From positions 52,892-116,891 of the forward strand of contig JBBDJV010000010.1 of NCBI GenBank assembly GCA_040879725.1: a stretch of DNA of 64,000 nt. Reading direction: 5' to 3'. A program made the translations under genes and the position numbers. Positions 16,572 through 27,491 of this stretch are shown in pieces (position 1 is the stretch's first letter; each line of letters starts with the position of its first letter). The DNA is from Minisyncoccota bacterium (lineage in GTDB: Bacteria; Patescibacteriota; Minisyncoccia; Phycocordibacterales; GCA-2401445). The notes under the pieces were generated by a model. That model was not told the origin of the DNA. It ran no database searches and was given only the letters and a program-made list of their open reading frames with translations.

Positions 16572-18326
16572 ATGATAGTAGAAGATGCGCAACTAAAAAA
16601 ATTTCTTGTTGATGCGAGCTTAGTAACAAGCGAGGCTTTTGACAGCGCTCAGAAAGAAGCAAAAGAGCAAAAAGTTCCTGTTTCTAAAATACTCCTGAAG
16701 CAGAACATGATTTCCGAGGATGATCTCGGGCGGGTACAGGCGTATCTTCTCGGTATTCCGTTTGTAAACCTCGTAAACCAAAAAATTGACTTTGAGATTC
16801 TCTCTCTTATTCCCGAGCCTATCGCGCGTAACCACAATATTGTCGCATTTTCGCAGAAAAATGATGTACTTGAAGTTGCTATGCTCGATACCGATGACCT
16901 TTCTGCTATAGATTTCGTAAAAAAGAAGGTAAAGCTAAAAATAGCTCCCCGCCTTACCGACCGGGAGTCGATGAAGCACGTGCTTCTGCAATACCAAAAG
17001 AGCCTCAAGGTTGAGTTCGGAGATATTATCCAAAAAGAATCTGCTCAACTGAAAGCGGTTCAGGATAGCGTGGATGGAGAGGGAATGAGTGAAAGTGATT
17101 TGAAGAAAATGGCAGAGGATTTGCCAGTTATGCGAATTGTCGACACTCTTTTGAAACACGCAATTATCCAAAACGCATCCGATATTCATATTGAGCCAAT
17201 GGAAGAACAAATGATAGTGCGATACCGAATTGACGGTATTCTGCATGATGCTATGACGCTTCCTAAAGCAGCGGCACCTGGTATTACCGCGCGTATTAAG
17301 GTGCTTTCAAACCTCAAACTTGATGAAAAGCGTCTTCCGCAAGACGGGCGATTCAAAATGGAGATGAACCGTGAGCGTGTATCATTCCGTGTTTCTATTT
17401 TACCTATCTATTTTGGAGAAAAGGTGGTTATGCGTTTGCTTCGTGACAATGCGGAAGGGTATTCGCTCGAAGCGCTTGGTTTTCACGGTACCTCCCTTGA
17501 GCATATCCATTCCGCTACAAATCAAAAAACCGGTTTAGTTCTCACTACCGGCCCTACCGGTTCCGGAAAAACAACAACGCTTTACACCGCGCTCGATATT
17601 TTGAATACTCCTGATGTAAACATTTCCACAGTTGAAGACCCTGTTGAGTATCAAATGAAGCGAGTAAACCAAACGCAAGTAAAACCTGAAATAGGATTTA
17701 CCTTTTCACAAGGATTGCGTTCTCTTCTCCGTCAGGACCCGGACATAATTATGGTTGGTGAAATTAGAGACGGCGAAACTTCCGCGCTTGCGGTAAATGC
17801 CGCACTTACCGGTCACTTGGTGCTCTCAACACTTCACACAAACTCAGCTGCGGGGGCAATTCCTCGTTTGATAGATATGAAAGTAGAACCGTTTCTTCTT
17901 GTTTCAACACTAAAGGTAATTATCGGACAGAGACTTATACGAAAGCTGTGTGAAGCGAAAGAAAAATATACTATGACTAAAGATGAGGTGGAGGTGCTCG
18001 GTAAAAGTGTTGATTTGGACAATGTACTCAGACACTTGAAAGAAGAAAAAATAGTAGCAAAGGGCGCGTCGTGGGAAGAAATACCATTTTTCAGACCTAA
18101 AGCCAGCGCAGACTGTCCCGATGGATACAAGGGACGAGTGGGAATTTATGAAGTACTGAAGATAACTCCGACAATTCGCGAGTTGGTTATGGCGGGAGCA
18201 ACGGCTGACAAGATTGAAGATCAGGCGAAAAAGGAAGGCATGATGACCATGATTGAAGATGGTATTTTCAAAGCGGTACAAGGTGAGACAACGGTCGAAG
18301 AGGTGCTTCGAGTAATCTCAGAATAG
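16572..18326 (+). CDS. pilB: Type IV pilus assembly ATPase PilB (GspE family)
   Basis: N-terminal GSPII_E_N-like region, Walker A GPTGSGKTTTLY, Asp/His boxes, C-terminal Cys motif (CPDGYKGRVGIYE). Confidence 0.9.
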   Translation: MIVEDAQLKKFLVDASLVTSEAFDSAQKEAKEQKVPVSKILLKQNMISEDDLGRVQAYLLGIPFVNLVNQKIDFEILSLIPEPIARNHNIVAFSQKNDVLEVAMLDTDDLSAIDFVKKKVKLKIAPRLTDRESMKHVLLQYQKSLKVEFGDIIQKESAQLKAVQDSVDGEGMSESDLKKMAEDLPVMRIVDTLLKHAIIQNASDIHIEPMEEQMIVRYRIDGILHDAMTLPKAAAPGITARIKVLSNLKLDEKRLPQDGRFKMEMNRERVSFRVSILPIYFGEKVVMRLLRDNAEGYSLEALGFHGTSLEHIHSATNQKTGLVLTTGPTGSGKTTTLYTALDILNTPDVNISTVEDPVEYQMKRVNQTQVKPEIGFTFSQGLRSLLRQDPDIIMVGEIRDGETSALAVNAALTGHLVLSTLHTNSAAGAIPRLIDMKVEPFLLVSTLKVIIGQRLIRKLCEAKEKYTMTKDEVEVLGKSVDLDNVLRHLKEEKIVAKGASWEEIPFFRPKASADCPDGYKGRVGIYEVLKITPTIRELVMAGATADKIEDQAKKEGMMTMIEDGIFKAVQGETTVEEVLRVISE

Positions 18327-18327
18327 T

Positions 18328-19545
18328 ATGCAATTTCATTATAAAGCTATAAAAAAAAATGGCGAGCCGTACGAAGGTACGCTCGATGCCGAAGATAAAT
18401 TTGCTCTTGCTCGACAGCTTCGCTCTCAAGGTGAAATGCTTGTTTCCGCGTCCTCGGGGAAAAAGAAAATGTCTAAAAACTCATTTAAGGAGTGGGCAGA
18501 AAAAATAGGTACGGTAAGCATGGATGAAAAAATAAACTTTGCGCGAAACCTAAGCGCAATGCTTACTGCCGGACTTTCTCTCGGGCGAGCACTTTCTGTT
18601 CTTGAACGACAGGCGCACAACCCTCGGTTTAAGAAAGTACTTCGAGATGTACAAGATAGCGTGAACGAAGGAAAAGCTTTTAACGAGGCTCTTATTCAGT
18701 ATCCAAAAGTTTTCTCACCACTTTTTATTGCCATGGTACGCGCGGGAGAAGAAAGTGGAGGACTTTCAGACGCGCTTGGTGTTGTGGCTATTCAGATGCA
18801 CCGTGCGCACACATTGAAAAAGAAGATACGCGGAGCCATGACCTACCCTGCGATTATTGTCTGTGTCATGGTTGTCATTGCTATTTTAATGTTAATTTTC
18901 ATAGTGCCGACACTTACCGAAACATTTCGTGAGGTTGATGTTGAGCTACCTGCGACAACACAGTTGGTTATCTTTATAAGTGACCTTTTCAAAGACCATC
19001 TCATACTCATGGTAGTGGGTATGCTTGCTTTTGTAGGAGGGATGATTGGGCTGTATAAAAAACCTAAAACACGTCGTGGCTTTGAGTTTGTATTTCTCCA
19101 CTTCCCACTTATCGGAACGCTTGTGAGAGAAACAAATGCGGCACGAACCGCACGAACGCTTTCTTCGCTCCTTTCTTCGGGAGTAGATGTGGTGCAAGCA
19201 ATGTCAATCACAAAAGATGTGGTGCAAAATAGTTATTTTAAAGATGTTTTAGGACAAGCTGAAGAAGCTATTCCAAAAGGTGTGACGATGTCATCAGTGT
19301 TTATAGAACACGAAGAACTTTTCCCTGTTTTAGTGGGGGAGATGATGAGTGTGGGAGAAGAGACCGGAAAACTTTCTGAAATGTTAACCAACCTTGCGTC
19401 ATTCTACGAGGAAGAGGTGGATAGAAAAACAAAAGATATGTCCACAATCATTGAGCCTTTTCTTATGGTCTTTATCGGAGCGGCTGTCGGCTTCTTTGCG
19501 CTTGCAATGATTTCTCCTATTTACTCACTTACCGATGCAATATAA
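18328..19545 (+). CDS. pilC: Type IV pilus inner-membrane platform protein PilC (GspF family)
   Basis: Two T2SSF repeats and 3 TM segments. Directly downstream of pilB. Confidence 0.9.
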   Translation: MQFHYKAIKKNGEPYEGTLDAEDKFALARQLRSQGEMLVSASSGKKKMSKNSFKEWAEKIGTVSMDEKINFARNLSAMLTAGLSLGRALSVLERQAHNPRFKKVLRDVQDSVNEGKAFNEALIQYPKVFSPLFIAMVRAGEESGGLSDALGVVAIQMHRAHTLKKKIRGAMTYPAIIVCVMVVIAILMLIFIVPTLTETFREVDVELPATTQLVIFISDLFKDHLILMVVGMLAFVGGMIGLYKKPKTRRGFEFVFLHFPLIGTLVRETNAARTARTLSSLLSSGVDVVQAMSITKDVVQNSYFKDVLGQAEEAIPKGVTMSSVFIEHEELFPVLVGEMMSVGEETGKLSEMLTNLASFYEEEVDRKTKDMSTIIEPFLMVFIGAAVGFFALAMISPIYSLTDAI

Positions 19546-21331
19546 CAATAAACAAAAAAAGAGAGGATTTACATTGGTAGAAATGGTGATCACGATTGCT
19601 GTTTTTTCTATAGTATCTATCACAGTTTACGCTTCGTACGTAAATATTCTTGAGGTAGTTACACTTACCCGACAGCGAACAGTCGCACTTGCACTAGTAA
19701 ATGAGCAAATTGAAAGTATTCGAAATTTGCCGTATTCAGATGTCGGTGTGCCGCTCGGTATCCCTGATGGTGTGGTTCCGCATAAGCAGGTTCTTGAGAG
19801 AAATGGAACAATGTATCACGCAACAACAACCATACGAAATGTTGATGATCCGTTTGATGGGGTAATCGGCGGAACACCGGATGATTTGTCACCTGCAGAC
19901 TATAAACTGATTGAAATTGAAATTGGTTGCCCACAATGTAAAGGATTTACACCCATTTTCCTTACTTCACGGGCGGCACCAAAAGGGCTTGAAACAAATT
20001 CAAGTAATGGAGCTCTTTTCGTGAGAGTGTTTGACGGAAGCGGTGTTCCAATACAAGGAGCAAATGTTCACATAGAAAATAATGCCGGCAGCCCAATAGT
20101 TGTTGACGACGTCACTGATTCAAATGGCGCGTACCAGCTAGTTGATGCTCCTCCTGGTTCAGAGGTTTGGGAAATTAGTGTTTCAAAAGGAGGGTATACC
20201 TCTGATAGAACGTACGAACCTGATTCGCCTGAAAATCCCGATCCGATTAAACCTCATGCTACGGTTGTGGTGCAAAGTGTTACGCAAGTAAGCTTTGTTA
20301 TCGATGAAGAGAGTATTGTTGAACTTTCAACAGTTAATAATGTATGTTCCCCAATTTCGTATGTTGACTTTAGCATGGAGGGAACGAAACTTGTAGGTAA
20401 TCCAGATGTATTTAAATTCTCAACCACTTCATCGACAGATAGTTCCGGACAGAAAATGTATGATGGTTTGGACTGGGATACGTATAGCTTTGAGATTACT
20501 GATGCGGGGTATGATTTAGTTGGATCAAGTCCTGTGTTGCCGGTTGAGCTTAATCCTGGATCAACGCAAAATGTTCAACTTATTCTTGAGCCAAGCGATC
20601 CACAAAGACTCTTGGTAACGGTAAAAGATGGAGCGACAGGACTACCTCTTACAGATGTTGAGGTAGAACTTACGGATGGAGCCTCTTATACTGAGTCATT
20701 TACCACAGGACAAGGCTTTATACGACAAACTGATTGGTCTGGGGGCCCGGGACAGAGTGATTTTGTAGATCCGACAATGTACGCAACTACAGATGGCAGA
20801 GTGGATACTGATGCGCCAGTTGGAGAAATGAAGCTCGATCAATTTCTTGGCGCATATGAGACAAGTGGATTTCTTGTATCTTCTACCTTTGATACGGGAG
20901 GGCCGACTAATTTCTATAATTTGCTATGGACACCATTGTCCCAGCCACCAGGTACTGGAGCTGACTCGGTAAAATTTCAGGTTGCATCAAATAATGACAA
21001 TGCAACGTGGAATTTCCTTGGTCCTGATGGCGCGAGCACAACTTTTTATACGGTAAGTGATGCAAATATTCACTCACTCCACGATAGTGACCAGTATTTT
21101 AGATACAAAGCATATTTAAGTACCGCAAGTACGACACTCACTCCAAACGTTTCAGATGTATTCTTTACCTTTACTTCTGCATGTACGCCTCCAGGACAGG
21201 TGAGCTTTGGAGGACTTTTAGATGGAGTGTATACGATTACCGCGTCTCGTCCGGGATATCAAACGTGGGACGAGGAAATAACAATAGACAGCTCATGGAT
21301 GAACTACACTATTAACCTTATGCCAAACTAG
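19535..21331 (+). CDS. Large type IV pilin-like protein (prepilin N-terminus plus roughly 560-aa beta-rich C-terminal region)
   Basis: Class III signal KRGFTLVEMVITIAVFSIV (G/FTLVEM cleavage and methylation motif). Carboxypeptidase-regulatory-like beta domains. Confidence 0.7.
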   Translation: MQYNNKQKKRGFTLVEMVITIAVFSIVSITVYASYVNILEVVTLTRQRTVALALVNEQIESIRNLPYSDVGVPLGIPDGVVPHKQVLERNGTMYHATTTIRNVDDPFDGVIGGTPDDLSPADYKLIEIEIGCPQCKGFTPIFLTSRAAPKGLETNSSNGALFVRVFDGSGVPIQGANVHIENNAGSPIVVDDVTDSNGAYQLVDAPPGSEVWEISVSKGGYTSDRTYEPDSPENPDPIKPHATVVVQSVTQVSFVIDEESIVELSTVNNVCSPISYVDFSMEGTKLVGNPDVFKFSTTSSTDSSGQKMYDGLDWDTYSFEITDAGYDLVGSSPVLPVELNPGSTQNVQLILEPSDPQRLLVTVKDGATGLPLTDVEVELTDGASYTESFTTGQGFIRQTDWSGGPGQSDFVDPTMYATTDGRVDTDAPVGEMKLDQFLGAYETSGFLVSSTFDTGGPTNFYNLLWTPLSQPPGTGADSVKFQVASNNDNATWNFLGPDGASTTFYTVSDANIHSLHDSDQYFRYKAYLSTASTTLTPNVSDVFFTFTSACTPPGQVSFGGLLDGVYTITASRPGYQTWDEEITIDSSWMNYTINLMPN

Positions 21332-21332
21332 T

Positions 21333-21953
21333 ATGCGAAACTATATATACCAGAAAGGAGTGACGCTCGTTGAAATGCTCGTTGTAGTTGCCATTATTGG
21401 TTTGCTCGCAGGTGTTGTGAGTGCTTTCCAAACAGATATATTTTCATTTCAGCGTCTTTTCTCCAATAATTTAGATTTACAAAGAGACGGCTTATTTTTC
21501 TTAAAAAAGTTTACCTCTGAAATTCGTTCTGTTGTTCCTTCCGAAACGGGAACGTATGCATTTGGAACGGTAGGAACTAGCACCCTTTTATTCTACGTTG
21601 ATGAAGACCATGACGGAGTTTCGGAAAGAATACGATACTACCTTGAAGACGAAGTGTTGTATCGCGCAAAACTCGTACCTACAGGGAGTCCACTTTCGTA
21701 TACTGGCACGGAAACGGTCACTGAAGTAATTTCTCATGTAAAAAACGCAACATCAACTCCAACTCCGATATTTACTTACTACGACCAAGCATATACCGGC
21801 ATAGGTGGTACCCCTCTCGCGCAACCCGTGACGGCATCTGATGTGCGTTTGGTAAAGGTGACACTATTTCTCGATGCTGATACATCTGACGCACAACCCG
21901 AAATTACACTTACCACTCACGTGATGGCTCGTAATTTGAAAGATAATTTATGA
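21333..21953 (+). CDS. Pseudopilin / minor pilin (prepilin-type N-terminal domain)
   Basis: QKGVTLVEMLVVVAIIGLLAG prepilin signal. Confidence 0.65.
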   Translation: MRNYIYQKGVTLVEMLVVVAIIGLLAGVVSAFQTDIFSFQRLFSNNLDLQRDGLFFLKKFTSEIRSVVPSETGTYAFGTVGTSTLLFYVDEDHDGVSERIRYYLEDEVLYRAKLVPTGSPLSYTGTETVTEVISHVKNATSTPTPIFTYYDQAYTGIGGTPLAQPVTASDVRLVKVTLFLDADTSDAQPEITLTTHVMARNLKDNL

Positions 21954-23365
21954 GAAAACAACCGACACAACAAGGGCTTATTTTGCTAAACATCATCGTA
22001 TTCGGATCAATTGCGGTTATGCTTATTACTGCACTGGTTGTTACCGCTGTTTCAACCATTAATGTTGCGAGAAATGTCGCAAATCAAGAACAGGCTTTCC
22101 AGATTGCCGAGGCAGGCATTGAATACTATCGGTGGCACTTGGCTCACGCCCCGACTGATTACACTGATGGCACAGGAAGTCCGGGACCATACGTGCATGA
22201 GTACTTCGATAGACAAAATAATAAAATTGGGGAATTTGCGCTTACTATAGAACCTCCACCAATCGGCTCAACTATAGTTACGATAACTGCAACGGGTACG
22301 GTGGTTGCTGATTCAAATATATCTCGAGCAATACGGACTCACCTTGCTATTCCATCTCTAGCTCGATTCGCGGTTGCCGCAAACAGTGATATGCGTTTCG
22401 GAGAAGGTACGGTTGTGTTTGGACCAATACACTCAAATGGAGGAATTCGCTTTGATGGACTAGCACACAACGTCGTATCGAGCGCGGTAGAAGATTACAA
22501 TGATCCGGATCATTCAGGAGGAAATGAATTTGGAGTACATACACACGTTTCACCTACTGACCCACTTCCTCCTGCCACTGTCCCTCTTCGACCTGATGTA
22601 TTTGAGGCTGGAAGACAGTTTCCGATACCGGCGGTTGACTTTGTTGGTATATCTACCGACCTAGCAAGTATAAAATCAAATGCGCAGTCTGACGGGTATT
22701 ACTACGCTAATTCCGGAGCACTCGGATATAGAATTGTTTTGCGTACCGACGACACATTTGATATTTATCGGGTGAATAATGTGGTGAATTCTCCTGGAGG
22801 ATGTAGTAGTTCTCAGACCGGGTGGGGTACATGGAGTGTAAATTCACAAACATTTCTTTCGAATAATCCACTTCCCGCGAACGGTCTTATTTTCGTGGAG
22901 GATCATGTATGGGTTGAAGGTCAGATTGATGGTGCGCGCATTACCATTGCTTCAGGGCGCTTCCCGGACAATCCTTCAACGAGGACAAATATTACCGTGA
23001 ATAATGATTTACTCTACACTAACTATGACGGCAGTGACGTCATAGGACTTATTTCGCAGAATAACTTCAATATTGGTATGGTAAGTCAAAATAGCTTACG
23101 CATAGATGCCGCGATTATCGCGCAGAACGGACGAGTAGGAAGACACCACTATTCAAATAAATGTAATCCCTATCACCAAAGAGATGAAGTAACCCTATAT
23201 GGAATGATTGCAACAAGCCTTCGATACGGCTTTGCGTATACTGATGATACTGGATACGCTGATAGGTACTTAAATTACGACGCGAATCTCCTCTATGGGC
23301 CACCACCAAGCTTTCCTTTAACCAGTGACCAGTATGTCACCATATCGTGGGAAGAGGTGAAATAG
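21950..23365 (+). CDS. PilX-like minor pilin (PilX_N domain) with large C-terminal domain
   Basis: QQGLILLNIIVFGSIAVMLITALV...QEQAFQIAEAGIEY matches the PilX N-terminal pattern. Overlaps the upstream gene by 4 nt. Confidence 0.55.
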   Translation: MRKQPTQQGLILLNIIVFGSIAVMLITALVVTAVSTINVARNVANQEQAFQIAEAGIEYYRWHLAHAPTDYTDGTGSPGPYVHEYFDRQNNKIGEFALTIEPPPIGSTIVTITATGTVVADSNISRAIRTHLAIPSLARFAVAANSDMRFGEGTVVFGPIHSNGGIRFDGLAHNVVSSAVEDYNDPDHSGGNEFGVHTHVSPTDPLPPATVPLRPDVFEAGRQFPIPAVDFVGISTDLASIKSNAQSDGYYYANSGALGYRIVLRTDDTFDIYRVNNVVNSPGGCSSSQTGWGTWSVNSQTFLSNNPLPANGLIFVEDHVWVEGQIDGARITIASGRFPDNPSTRTNITVNNDLLYTNYDGSDVIGLISQNNFNIGMVSQNSLRIDAAIIAQNGRVGRHHYSNKCNPYHQRDEVTLYGMIATSLRYGFAYTDDTGYADRYLNYDANLLYGPPPSFPLTSDQYVTISWEEVK

Positions 23366-23405
23366 CCTAATTTTCCAAGTATCCTCGGCGTGGTACAATG
23401 CATGC

Positions 23406-24191
23406 ATGACAGAACAAAAACGTATGTATATCGTAGCAAACTGGAAATTAAATCCGGCATCTCTTTCTGATGCAAAAACACTTTTGTCCGGAACAAAAGA
23501 AGTGGCTAAAAAAGCAAAGGGAGTTACCGCAATTGTGTGTCCTCCATCACTTTTTATCTCACCTTTGCGTGAATTGTACCGAAAGAGTACAACTTTTTTT
23601 ATTGGGGCTCAAAATATGTATGCGGAAGATACCGGTGCGTTTACGGGAGAAATTAGCATACCGATGCTAAAGAGTGTGTCAGTAAATCATGTAATAATCG
23701 GTCATTCTGAGCGAAGAGGCATGGGAGAAACTGATGAAGATGTAGCAAAAAAGGTATCACGCGCGGTTAATGCCGGATTTACGGTTATTTTATGTATTGG
23801 AGAGTGGGAGCGTGATGAACAAGGTTCTTACTTGGGTGTTGTGGAGCAGCAAATTAAAACAGCGCTTTCAAAAGTAACATATACTGGCTTGTCACAGGTA
23901 TTGCTCGCGTACGAACCGGTATGGGCGATAGGAAAGGGTTCCGGCTCAGCACTTGATGCTCACGGAGTTCATCAAATGGTTTTGTACATTAGAAAAGTTT
24001 TAAAAGATATGTATAAAAAGAATTCAGTACTTTCTACCCCAGTACTTTACGGCGGTTCGGTTGACGCAGAAAATGCGGAAGCTCTTATGCGTGAAGGAGA
24101 GGTGTCAGGCTTGCTCGTAGGAGGAAAAAGTCTGTCAGTAAAAAGTTTCGGAGACATTCTATTAGCAGCATCAAAAGTTACTACATCATAA
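23406..24191 (+). CDS. tpiA: Triosephosphate isomerase
   Basis: IVANWKLN, IIGHSERR, AYEPVWAIGKG, LYGGSV motifs. Confidence 0.9.
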   Translation: MTEQKRMYIVANWKLNPASLSDAKTLLSGTKEVAKKAKGVTAIVCPPSLFISPLRELYRKSTTFFIGAQNMYAEDTGAFTGEISIPMLKSVSVNHVIIGHSERRGMGETDEDVAKKVSRAVNAGFTVILCIGEWERDEQGSYLGVVEQQIKTALSKVTYTGLSQVLLAYEPVWAIGKGSGSALDAHGVHQMVLYIRKVLKDMYKKNSVLSTPVLYGGSVDAENAEALMREGEVSGLLVGGKSLSVKSFGDILLAASKVTTS

Positions 24192-25315
24192 TGCCTACAC
24201 ACATAAAAGACGTCGAGGATATTCGCGGAAAACGAGTACTACTCCGTGCGGATTTCAATGTTCCTATCAATAATGGAGAAATAAGAGATGACTACCGTAT
24301 TGAGAGCACACTCGAAACTATTGAATATTTGGTTTCTAAAGGCGCGCGGGTACTTATTATCAGTCATCTGGGAAGAAAAGGAAGTGAGACGCTTTTGCCT
24401 GTTGCGACATATTTAGAAAAAAAGTTCTCGATTACTTTTTGCCCGGAACATTTCGGAGAGCAAGCGCAGAGTTTGGTAGACAACATACAAGAAGGCGAAG
24501 TTGTGTTGTTTGAAAATATTAGGAGTGATGAAAGGGAAAAAGAAGGGAACGAGGCATTTGCAAAACAGTGGGCAGAATATGCGGATATGTATGTAAACGA
24601 CGCGTTTGCTGTTTCTCATCGCGCGCATGCTTCTGTTGTTGCGATTACGGAGTTTCTTCCTTCTTATATGGGATTTCAGTTGGCAAAAGAGATTGAAAAT
24701 CTTTCAAAAGTTTTCAAGCCCAAAAAACCGTTTGTGTTTCTGTTGGGTGGTGCAAAAACCGAAACAAAGCTTCCTCTGATAGAAAAGTTTATGCCAACGG
24801 CGGATACTATTTTTGCGGGAGGAGTAATGGCAAATGATTTATGTCTTGCTGAAGGAATGAGGGTGGGTGATGAATCAGCATATTCGGAAGGAACATTTGA
24901 TTTCTCTCGTGTACTTTCTGCACAAAATGTAATCAGACCACTTGATTTACAGATCAAGAGAGGAGAAGAGCTTTTGTTCGCACACCCAAAAGATATTTTG
25001 CCAAGCGATAAGGTGGTTGATTCTGCTGGTCCAGAAACACTTTCAGTACTTAAAGAAAAAATTATGCAGGCGGAGATGGTGTTGTGGAACGGACCGCTCG
25101 GAAGCTATGAGTCTGGATACAAAGAGGCGACACTTAAACTCGCAAAGCTTGTGGGACAAAGTAACGCAATTTCCATTGTTGGTGGAGGAGATACGGTAGC
25201 TGCGATTAAAGAACTAAATCTTTTCGATTCATTAACCTTTGTTTCTACTGGAGGAGGTGCAATGTTGGAATATCTCGCAAACGAATCCCTTCCGGGCATT
25301 GAAGCACTTTCTTAA
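24191..25315 (+). CDS. pgk: Phosphoglycerate kinase
   Basis: RADFNVP at the N-terminus, GGGDTVAA, GGGAMLE motifs. Start overlaps the tpiA stop (TAATG). Confidence 0.9.
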   Translation: MPTHIKDVEDIRGKRVLLRADFNVPINNGEIRDDYRIESTLETIEYLVSKGARVLIISHLGRKGSETLLPVATYLEKKFSITFCPEHFGEQAQSLVDNIQEGEVVLFENIRSDEREKEGNEAFAKQWAEYADMYVNDAFAVSHRAHASVVAITEFLPSYMGFQLAKEIENLSKVFKPKKPFVFLLGGAKTETKLPLIEKFMPTADTIFAGGVMANDLCLAEGMRVGDESAYSEGTFDFSRVLSAQNVIRPLDLQIKRGEELLFAHPKDILPSDKVVDSAGPETLSVLKEKIMQAEMVLWNGPLGSYESGYKEATLKLAKLVGQSNAISIVGGGDTVAAIKELNLFDSLTFVSTGGGAMLEYLANESLPGIEALS

Positions 25316-25725
25316 TTAAGTATTTCGCTAATTTTTGTTTTGATAGAAAGAGTTTCTTCTTCTGAAAAACTTTGTTTTGCTTTCCAGTGAGTGTATCCAT
25401 CATTTTCGAATCGGGGAATGATGTGTACGTGTGCGTGGAATATAACTTGCCCAGCCGCGCTTTCATTATTCATACTTATATTTATTCCGTCCGCGCCAGA
25501 GGCCTCTTTAACGGCGAGAGCAATAGTATGAACACGGGTCATAAGTAGCCCAAATTCTTTAGCGGGCATATCAAAGATATTTCTATAGAATGTCTTTGGA
25601 ATAACAAGCGTGTGCCCGAGATTTATAGGGCTTTTATCGAGAAAAGCCATAACACTTTCGTCCTCAAAGACAATTTCAGCGGGTAGCTCTTTGCTGATAA
25701 TTTTTGAAAATATGGTTTCAGTCAT
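25312..25725 (-). CDS. HIT-family (histidine triad) nucleotide hydrolase
   Basis: HTLVIPK and HAHVHIIPR histidine triad. Confidence 0.85.
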   Translation of the reverse strand: MTETIFSKIISKELPAEIVFEDESVMAFLDKSPINLGHTLVIPKTFYRNIFDMPAKEFGLLMTRVHTIALAVKEASGADGINISMNNESAAGQVIFHAHVHIIPRFENDGYTHWKAKQSFSEEETLSIKTKISEILN

Positions 25726-25750
25726 ACCTTTTAGTATATGCTAAAATGGT

Positions 25751-27427
25751 GTGTATATGAAATATCGAGTAAGGGAAGCCGTACCGAGTGATATTGAAAA
25801 AGAGTTCGAAGAATACTCAGATATTGTTAGAAAATTGCTGTACTATCGAGGAATTACAACAAAGAAAGAAGCGGAAGCGTTTCTTAATCCTGATTATGAA
25901 AAACAAACACATTCCTTTTCGCTTCTTTTTGGTGTTAAAGAAGCTGTAGAAAGAATAGAAAAAGCGATTGAGAAAGAGGAGGTTATTGCTATTTATAGCG
26001 ACTATGATGCAGATGGGGTGCCGGGGAGTGTTATCTTGTCAGACTTCTTTGAGAAAATCGGATATAAAAACATAGTGCTGTATATTCCACATCGAAATGA
26101 TGAGGGGTTTGGTTTGAATAAGGAAGCTTTGGCAGAGCTTTCAAGCAAGTCCGTTTCGCTTGTTATTACTATTGATTGTGGAATAGCGGATGTTGTCGAA
26201 GTAGCTTACGCAAAAGAGCTTGGCATGGAGGTGATAATCACCGATCACCATCTTCCAGGAGAAGAACTTCCCGATGCTACTGCGATAGTAAATCCAAAAC
26301 ATGCATCGTGTAGGTATCCGGACGATTTGCTTTGTGGTTCAGGGGTTATTTTCAAACTCGTACAAGCACTTGTCGCGACAAAGAAGTGGGATATTCCGGA
26401 AGGGTGGGATAAGTGGTTGCTCGATATGGTGGGTATTGCGACTCTTTCAGACATGGTTCCTCTTCGAGGGGAAAACAGAGTGCTTGCCTACTATGGGTTA
26501 CTGGTACTGAGGAAAACTCGTCGGTTGGGACTAAAGTGTTTACTGCAAAAAAATAGAATAAATCAGTACACACTAACAGAAGAAGATGTTGGTTTTACTA
26601 TTTCACCAAGAATTAATGCTGCGTCACGAATGGGACACCCCATGGATGCGTTTAACATGCTCTCCGCGAAAAACTCTGCTGATGCGGAAACTTCCGTATT
26701 GCACCTTGAGCGAATAAATAGAGAGCGAAAAAAGACCGTTGCACTCATGGTTCGCGAAGCGCATAAGCATTTAAGTGCGCGAGAAGTTGGCAGTGTTATT
26801 GTTATTGGTAACCCTCACTGGAAACCTTCACTAGCTGGGTTACTTGCTAATAAACTTGCGACAGAGTATGGCAGGCCGGCATTTGTATGGGGTCGAGGAG
26901 GAGAAAAAATAAAAGGGTCGTGTCGTACGGGAAATGGTTCCAATATTTTCGAGTTGATGTCTCGAGTTCGTCCCGGAATATTCTCTGGCTTCGGAGGGCA
27001 CGCTCAGTCTGGAGGGTTTGTGCTTACTGATGAAGGGGTTCATTCTTTTGAAGAGGCACTGTGTGAAGCGTATGAAGAACCAGAGGAAACCACTTCCTAT
27101 TTTGCAGATGCATACCTTGATCCGGACATGGTAACAGCTGAGCTGTATAACCAAATTTCAAAACTGTCACCTTTTGGGCAAGGAAATCCAAAGCCGTTAT
27201 TTATGTTTGAAAATGTACGTATTGATGCAGTGAAGTATTTTGGGAAGAGTGGCGAACATACAGAATTACACATAACACGCAAGGAAAGACCTCTTAAAGC
27301 AATAGCTTTTTTTAAAAACAATTTCTCGGTTCAAGCAGGTAGTACGTGTACGCTCTTGGCAGAAGTTGAGAAGAATACATTCGGAAGGTATCCGGAGATA
27401 CGTCTGCGTATAGTTGACGTAGTATAA
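25751..27427 (+). CDS. recJ: Single-stranded-DNA-specific exonuclease RecJ (DHH plus DHHA1)
   Basis: DYDADGV, ITDHH, GGGHAQSGG motifs. Confidence 0.85.
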   Translation: MYMKYRVREAVPSDIEKEFEEYSDIVRKLLYYRGITTKKEAEAFLNPDYEKQTHSFSLLFGVKEAVERIEKAIEKEEVIAIYSDYDADGVPGSVILSDFFEKIGYKNIVLYIPHRNDEGFGLNKEALAELSSKSVSLVITIDCGIADVVEVAYAKELGMEVIITDHHLPGEELPDATAIVNPKHASCRYPDDLLCGSGVIFKLVQALVATKKWDIPEGWDKWLLDMVGIATLSDMVPLRGENRVLAYYGLLVLRKTRRLGLKCLLQKNRINQYTLTEEDVGFTISPRINAASRMGHPMDAFNMLSAKNSADAETSVLHLERINRERKKTVALMVREAHKHLSAREVGSVIVIGNPHWKPSLAGLLANKLATEYGRPAFVWGRGGEKIKGSCRTGNGSNIFELMSRVRPGIFSGFGGHAQSGGFVLTDEGVHSFEEALCEAYEEPEETTSYFADAYLDPDMVTAELYNQISKLSPFGQGNPKPLFMFENVRIDAVKYFGKSGEHTELHITRKERPLKAIAFFKNNFSVQAGSTCTLLAEVEKNTFGRYPEIRLRIVDVV

Positions 27428-27491
27428 AAAAAGAGCATAATAAAAAAGCTGGTACTCTGCCCTCTCTTGGGTGCTTGGGTGAGTCCAACTG

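Noticed and set aside
16620-18281. - strand ORFs inside pilB (16620-16835, 16649-17008, 16935-17246, 17834-18130, 17910-18281)
   Set aside because: Antisense to a high-confidence ATPase gene.
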